A stretch of 42,272 nt of DNA from PVC group bacterium (GTDB lineage: Bacteria; Auribacterota; Erginobacteria; Erginobacterales; Erginobacteraceae): positions 1-42,272 of the forward strand of contig JAZDIV010000009.1 in the NCBI GenBank assembly GCA_043804695.1, read 5' to 3'. Within the stretch, counting starts at the first letter, position 1, and each line of letters starts with the position of its first letter. A program made the translations under genes and the position numbers. Shown piece after piece: positions 37,917-42,272 of this stretch. Below the pieces are notes generated by a model. The model made no database searches. It had not been told where the DNA came from and saw only the letters and a program-made list of their open reading frames with translations.

Positions 37917-39989
37917 ATGAAAAACCGGAAGCCGAAATCAGCCGGATGGAGCAAAGGTGCCGGACCCGATCTATCCATCCGATTCCGGGCGGAGATCTGG
38001 ATCCTGTCCGGGATCATCCTACTCGGCCTTCTTCTTCGGGCTCTGTACCTGGCCGAGATCGTCGACAATCCGGATTTTGAATTTCCCCTGATCGACCCGG
38101 GCTACCACGACTACTGGGCCCGCGGTCTGGTAACCGGTGACTGGATCGTGCCGCCCGGGAGAGAAGACCCCCAGGTTTTCCGGTATCCTTTTTATCGCCC
38201 CCCGGGGTATCCCTATTTCCTTTCCATCCTCTACCGGATCAAGATGGACTATCTATTCCCACGGATAGCTAACATGATTATCGGGCTGGGAAGCGCCCTG
38301 ATGGCATTTATCCTCGGCCGGCGGTGGTGGGGGAGGGGTACGGGCCTCATATTCGCGGCCCTGACGGCTGTTTACTGGATATTCATCTATTTCGAAGGGG
38401 AACTGGTGGGGGAGTCGGCAACTGTCTTCCTCGGCCTCGGGTTGATTCTGGTCCTCTCCCGTCTGGCGGATAGGGCCACCTTTCTCCGCTGTTTTTCCGG
38501 AGGGTTGGTCCTGGGTCTTTATGCGCTTTTCCGGCCTAATGTGCTCATCTTCCTCCCCTTCTCGGCGGTCTGGCTGCTCTGGGTGCTCCGGAGAAGAAGG
38601 CAGACGGCCCGCTGGCTGAAAACGGTCCCGGGCCTGGTCCTGGGAACGGTTATCATGCTCATCCCCTCCACGGTCCGCAACCTGACGGTCTCCGGCGAGT
38701 TCGTTCCCATTGCCACCAACCTGGGGGTCAGCCTGGCGGTGGCCAACAACGAGTTCACCGACGGGACTATCCACATTATCCCCGGGATCGATGATATGGG
38801 GACGCCTTTCGACTGGCCCCGGATTGTCCGCCGCCTGGAGAGGATCTCCGGCCGGGAGCTGACCCACCGGGAAGCTTCCTCCTACCTGGTCGATCAGGCG
38901 CTCGATTTCATCCGGGAAAATCCTCTCGACTTCCTGGCGCTCCTCGGGAAGAAGGCTCTCTTCTTCTGGGGGCCGCGGGAGATCCGCAACCTGAGGGAAA
39001 TCCATTTCGCCCGGATGTACTCGCCGGTCCTGAATAGGATCCCTTTTAACTTTCCCCTGGTGGAGACCATCGCCCTGGTCGGTTTTCTTCTGCTTTTTCT
39101 GGAGAACCGGAAGGTCCGGCCCCGGGCCGGGGAGCGGGGGAGTCCGGAGGGGAAGCGCTGGGAATCAACCGTCCTGCTTCTCTTCTTTATCGGGAGCTAT
39201 TTCATCTCCATGCTCCCATTTGCCGCCGCCGCCCGCTACCGGGTCCCGATCATACCCTTTCTCCTCTGTCTCGGGTCTTCCGGGCTCAATATGGTGGGGG
39301 GCGCCTGGCGGCGGCGGGAGTGGAAGCAAGCGATCCTCTGGACCGGGGGAGGGGCCGTCTTCTTTGCCCTATTTTCGATTAATCTTTCCGGTTACGAGCC
39401 CAGCCTGGACAGGTGGCACTATGACCTGGCTCTCGCCTATACCGACCGGCAGGACTGGGAGAGCGCCATCCGGGAGTACCGGGAGGTCATCCGCCTCCAG
39501 CCCACGGCCATCCGGGCCTATAATAACCTGGGCAATATATATACCCAGCGCGAAGATTATACGAGAGCCGTAGACTGCTATGAGCAGATAATCCGTTTGA
39601 GACCGGATCTGGCCCAGCCCTACAACAATCTCGGGAGTGTCCTCTTCCGGATGGAGAAACTGGACGCGGCGCTTGGGTTTTTTCAGGCGGCGCTCCGGCT
39701 CAGACCCGATATGGCGGAGACCCATAATAATATGGGGAATGTCTATTTCAGGAAGGGGGATTATGAGGCAGCGGTCAAAAGTTACCGGGAGGCGCTCAAA
39801 TATAAACCCTTCCATGCCTCAATCCACTTCAACCTCGGAAAGGCCCGGGTCAAGCAGGGCCGGCTGGAGGAAGCCGTCACTCATTATTCCGAAGCGTTGC
39901 GGATAAACCCGGACCATCAGGAAGCACGGGAGAATCTCAACCGTCTCCTCCGGATCAGAAACAGGGCGGGGGACGCGGAAACCAGATAA
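37917..39989 (+). CDS. PMT/ArnT-like GT-C with TPR tail
   Basis: DPGYHDYWA, FYRPPGYPY, FRPN, ARYRVP, roughly 5 TPRs; close paralog of 29349-31691. Confidence 0.85.
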   Translation: MKNRKPKSAGWSKGAGPDLSIRFRAEIWILSGIILLGLLLRALYLAEIVDNPDFEFPLIDPGYHDYWARGLVTGDWIVPPGREDPQVFRYPFYRPPGYPYFLSILYRIKMDYLFPRIANMIIGLGSALMAFILGRRWWGRGTGLIFAALTAVYWIFIYFEGELVGESATVFLGLGLILVLSRLADRATFLRCFSGGLVLGLYALFRPNVLIFLPFSAVWLLWVLRRRRQTARWLKTVPGLVLGTVIMLIPSTVRNLTVSGEFVPIATNLGVSLAVANNEFTDGTIHIIPGIDDMGTPFDWPRIVRRLERISGRELTHREASSYLVDQALDFIRENPLDFLALLGKKALFFWGPREIRNLREIHFARMYSPVLNRIPFNFPLVETIALVGFLLLFLENRKVRPRAGERGSPEGKRWESTVLLLFFIGSYFISMLPFAAAARYRVPIIPFLLCLGSSGLNMVGGAWRRREWKQAILWTGGGAVFFALFSINLSGYEPSLDRWHYDLALAYTDRQDWESAIREYREVIRLQPTAIRAYNNLGNIYTQREDYTRAVDCYEQIIRLRPDLAQPYNNLGSVLFRMEKLDAALGFFQAALRLRPDMAETHNNMGNVYFRKGDYEAAVKSYREALKYKPFHASIHFNLGKARVKQGRLEEAVTHYSEALRINPDHQEARENLNRLLRIRNRAGDAETR

Positions 39990-40185
39990 ACCTGCCTGCT
40001 CATGGCAATCATCCACAAGCGTCTTCAGATCGAGCTTCCGCTCTACACAATTCTACAGATTTTAAGCGTGTCTCTTTTCGAGAAGTCCCCTCTGTTAGAG
40101 GTGCTTACGGATTTCGATCACACCTCCAAAGATAGTAACTTTCATAACCAGCTGATGTTGTTTGACTAATGTTGGGACACTACTG
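39990..40185 (+). mobile_element. IS4-family right-end remnant
   Basis: LMAIIHKRLQIELPLYTILQILSVSLFEKSPL..NQLMLFD* (stop 40167-40169) then TIR-like gggacactactg. Confidence 0.8.
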
Positions 40186-40205
40186 CAAAAAATTGAAGAA
40201 AATTT

Positions 40206-40352
40206 TTGACAGGATAAGTCGGAAATCCTACTATAATTCATAAATCAGTGCTGTCCAAAATATAATGAATATTGCTGTTTTGGACGGATTTTAGGAAAAA
40301 TATAAAAAATGAATAAAAATGACTTGACAGAGGATTTTTCCGAGTTTATATT
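40206..40352 (+). promoter_or_regulatory. Tandem sigma70 promoters with an inverted repeat between them
   Basis: TTGACA-17-TACTAT (40206-40234), TTGACA-17-TATATT (40324-40352), gtccaaaa-N17-ttttggac (40253-40285). Confidence 0.6.
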
Positions 40353-40453
40353 GTTATAATACTACTATAATTATCTATAATCTTATAGAGCCCTGTCCTG
40401 AAGCTAATGGGGACAGGCCACATTAACTCAAGCCTGCGATAAACGTTTAAGTT

Positions 40454-42272
40454 ATGGAAAGCCCCATGAGTTCAAAATCGTTCCGGATCGCTCTACCCGC
40501 GCTCTTTGCCGCCGGCCTGCTCATAACCGGCAATTCGTTTGCTCAGAGCCAGATGGAGATCTGGTTCATCTCCCAGTACGGGAACTCCGGGACCCAAACC
40601 CTGATCAAGGGCCATAATGGGACGGTGGTCCTCTACGATGAGGGCGGCGGCTCTAATTCCGCCAACCAGTGCAAGGCGATCATGGACGTCGCGGGTATCA
40701 GCTATATCGATTACGCCGTCGCCGGCCATTACGATGCCGACCACATCGGAGGACTCGACGACCTGGTCACATTGATGGGGGGTACTTATAATTTCGGGAC
40801 CTTCTACGACCGGGGAGGGACCACTAACTACGCCGGGACCCCGATCGACGCCGCCTACTATGACCTGGTCAACCCGTCCGGCAAACGGGCCACGGTGGTG
40901 CTCGACGGCAGTTCAGATATCAGCCTGGGGACCGTAGGCGGCGAGCCGGCGATACTCCGGTTCATGTCGGTGGGCGAGACCAATACTACCAACACCATTT
41001 ACGTTCGGGGACAGTCCGACATAACGACCGGCGTCGACGAGAACAGCAAGTCGATCACCTGTCTGGTCTCCTCGCGTGGCACCTACGGGGTGTCCGGATT
41101 CGATCTCTACCTGGGGAGTGACGCGGAAGGGAACGTCGAGCAGGCGGTTGACGGCATCGTCATCGACACCTGGTCGAGGGGGCTCGACGTCCTCTCGATG
41201 GACCATCACGGGGGCTACACCTACAACACCAATGAGCCGGCCTTCTTCAATAAGATGGACCCCGAAGTGGTGCTCATCTCGGTCTGGAACAACAGTTTCT
41301 CCCATCCCCGCCAGGAGTCGGTAACCAACGCCGACGCCGTGGTCGAGCAGCTGAGCGATCGGATCATCCGCCTGATGCCGGGAGACACCGACGGCGTGGG
41401 CTGGGCGCCGGAAGACTGGACGCCCCGCTGCAGTACCACCGGGAGCGCCGTGATTGACGGTACGGTCAAGATCGTTGTCTCCACCAACGGGCTTTTCTAC
41501 ACGGTGACCGGGTACGGGATCACCGAGCCGGGATTGACCGACCACCCGGTGGACGAGGGGGGGATCACGCCGACCCCGTCGGTGACGCCCTCCCCGACGC
41601 CGAGTACGACGCCGACCCCGCTCATCCCGCCACCTTCCAAGACCCCGACGCCGACCCCGACCGCGACACCGATCTCGCCGACCCCGTCGATGACGCCCTC
41701 CCCGACCCCGAGCGTGACGCCTTCGGTGACGCCTTCGGTGACGCCGACACCAGAGATCTGCACGCGTCTGGACGAGGGTTTCAACGGGTTCGACACGGGC
41801 ACGCGTCCGGCCGGGTGGACGTTCACCGGCTGTGATCAGAACAGCGACACCTACACGACGCCGGGCAACTTCGGATACCTCTCGCCCTCGATCAAGCTGG
41901 ACGCGACGGATGACAGCATCGAGACGTCGACCTTCCTGGCCGGGGAGTGGTTCCAGTTCTGGGTCAAGGGACAGGGGACCGATGCCAGCAGCCATCTCCT
42001 GGTGGAGGAGTACTACGCCGCCTGGTCCACGGTGACGGACATCCTCTCGCTCCCCGCGACCGGGACGGTCTTCACCGGGTTGCTGCTGAACCCGTCAACC
42101 AGCCAGGTGAAGTTCACCTACACCCAGGGCACGGGCGATCTGGCACTCGACGACGTGCTGGTGAAGTGCCTGATCACGCCGACGCCGACGCCATCGGTGA
42201 CGCCGACGGCGACTCCTTCGGTCACCCCTACGCCGACGCCATCGGTAACGCCGACGCCGAGTGTGACGCCGA
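40454..42272 (+). CDS. Secreted ComEC/Rec2-type metallo-beta-lactamase-fold protein with Thr/Pro/Ser linkers (3'-incomplete)
   Basis: Absent from the ORF track (no stop); ATG 40454 or 40466, signal peptide ..[48 protein letters not shown] linkers at about 41565-41752 and 42174-end. Confidence 0.88.
   Translation, partial: MESPMSSKSFRIALPALFAAGLLITGNSFAQSQMEIWFISQYGNSGTQTLIKGHNGTVVLYDEGGGSNSANQCKAIMDVAGISYIDYAVAGHYDADHIGGLDDLVTLMGGTYNFGTFYDRGGTTNYAGTPIDAAYYDLVNPSGKRATVVLDGSSDISLGTVGGEPAILRFMSVGETNTTNTIYVRGQSDITTGVDENSKSITCLVSSRGTYGVSGFDLYLGSDAEGNVEQAVDGIVIDTWSRGLDVLSMDHHGGYTYNTNEPAFFNKMDPEVVLISVWNNSFSHPRQESVTNADAVVEQLSDRIIRLMPGDTDGVGWAPEDWTPRCSTTGSAVIDGTVKIVVSTNGLFYTVTGYGITEPGLTDHPVDEGGITPTPSVTPSPTPSTTPTPLIPPPSKTPTPTPTATPISPTPSMTPSPTPSVTPSVTPSVTPTPEICTRLDEGFNGFDTGTRPAGWTFTGCDQNSDTYTTPGNFGYLSPSIKLDATDDSIETSTFLAGEWFQFWVKGQGTDASSHLLVEEYYAAWSTVTDILSLPATGTVFTGLLLNPSTSQVKFTYTQGTGDLALDDVLVKCLITPTPTPSVTPTATPSVTPTPTPSVTPTPSVTP

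Noticed and set aside
40913..41995. 360-aa minus-strand Arg/Gly-rich ORF
   Set aside because: Antisense of the Thr/Pro-linker gene

Overview
Bacterial genomic window, mostly GC-rich coding DNA with AT-rich, repeat-dense intergenic regions; probably a diderm (LpxH-like gene, putative outer-membrane barrel). 1-10.6 kb is accessory: maf, a hicAB toxin-antitoxin pair, a TPR + SWIM pair, decayed ankyrin and DUF1016 genes around a ~240-bp direct repeat, an atypical long sigma-like gene followed by a zinc-finger anti-sigma-like multidomain gene, and a tandem ribbon-helix-helix gene. 10.8-23.4 kb is mostly housekeeping: pfkA with a hybrid kinase, wecB, DUF296, an EEP pseudogene, a stand-alone fusA, lpxH-like, thiD, def. 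23.4-42.3 kb is the most notable part: a polyprenyl-phosphate sugar synthase-like GT2, six membrane GT-C genes of two subfamilies (TMTC-like and PMT/ArnT-like; five intact with TPR tails, one pseudogene), a second GT2, and a secreted ComEC-type MBL protein with Thr/Pro/Ser linkers that runs off the window. Together these are a candidate protein O-glycosylation system. Several palindromic repeat families and IS4/IS1634 remnants are present. No rRNA, tRNA or CRISPR array was seen. All family calls come from reading motifs by eye; no database search was run.
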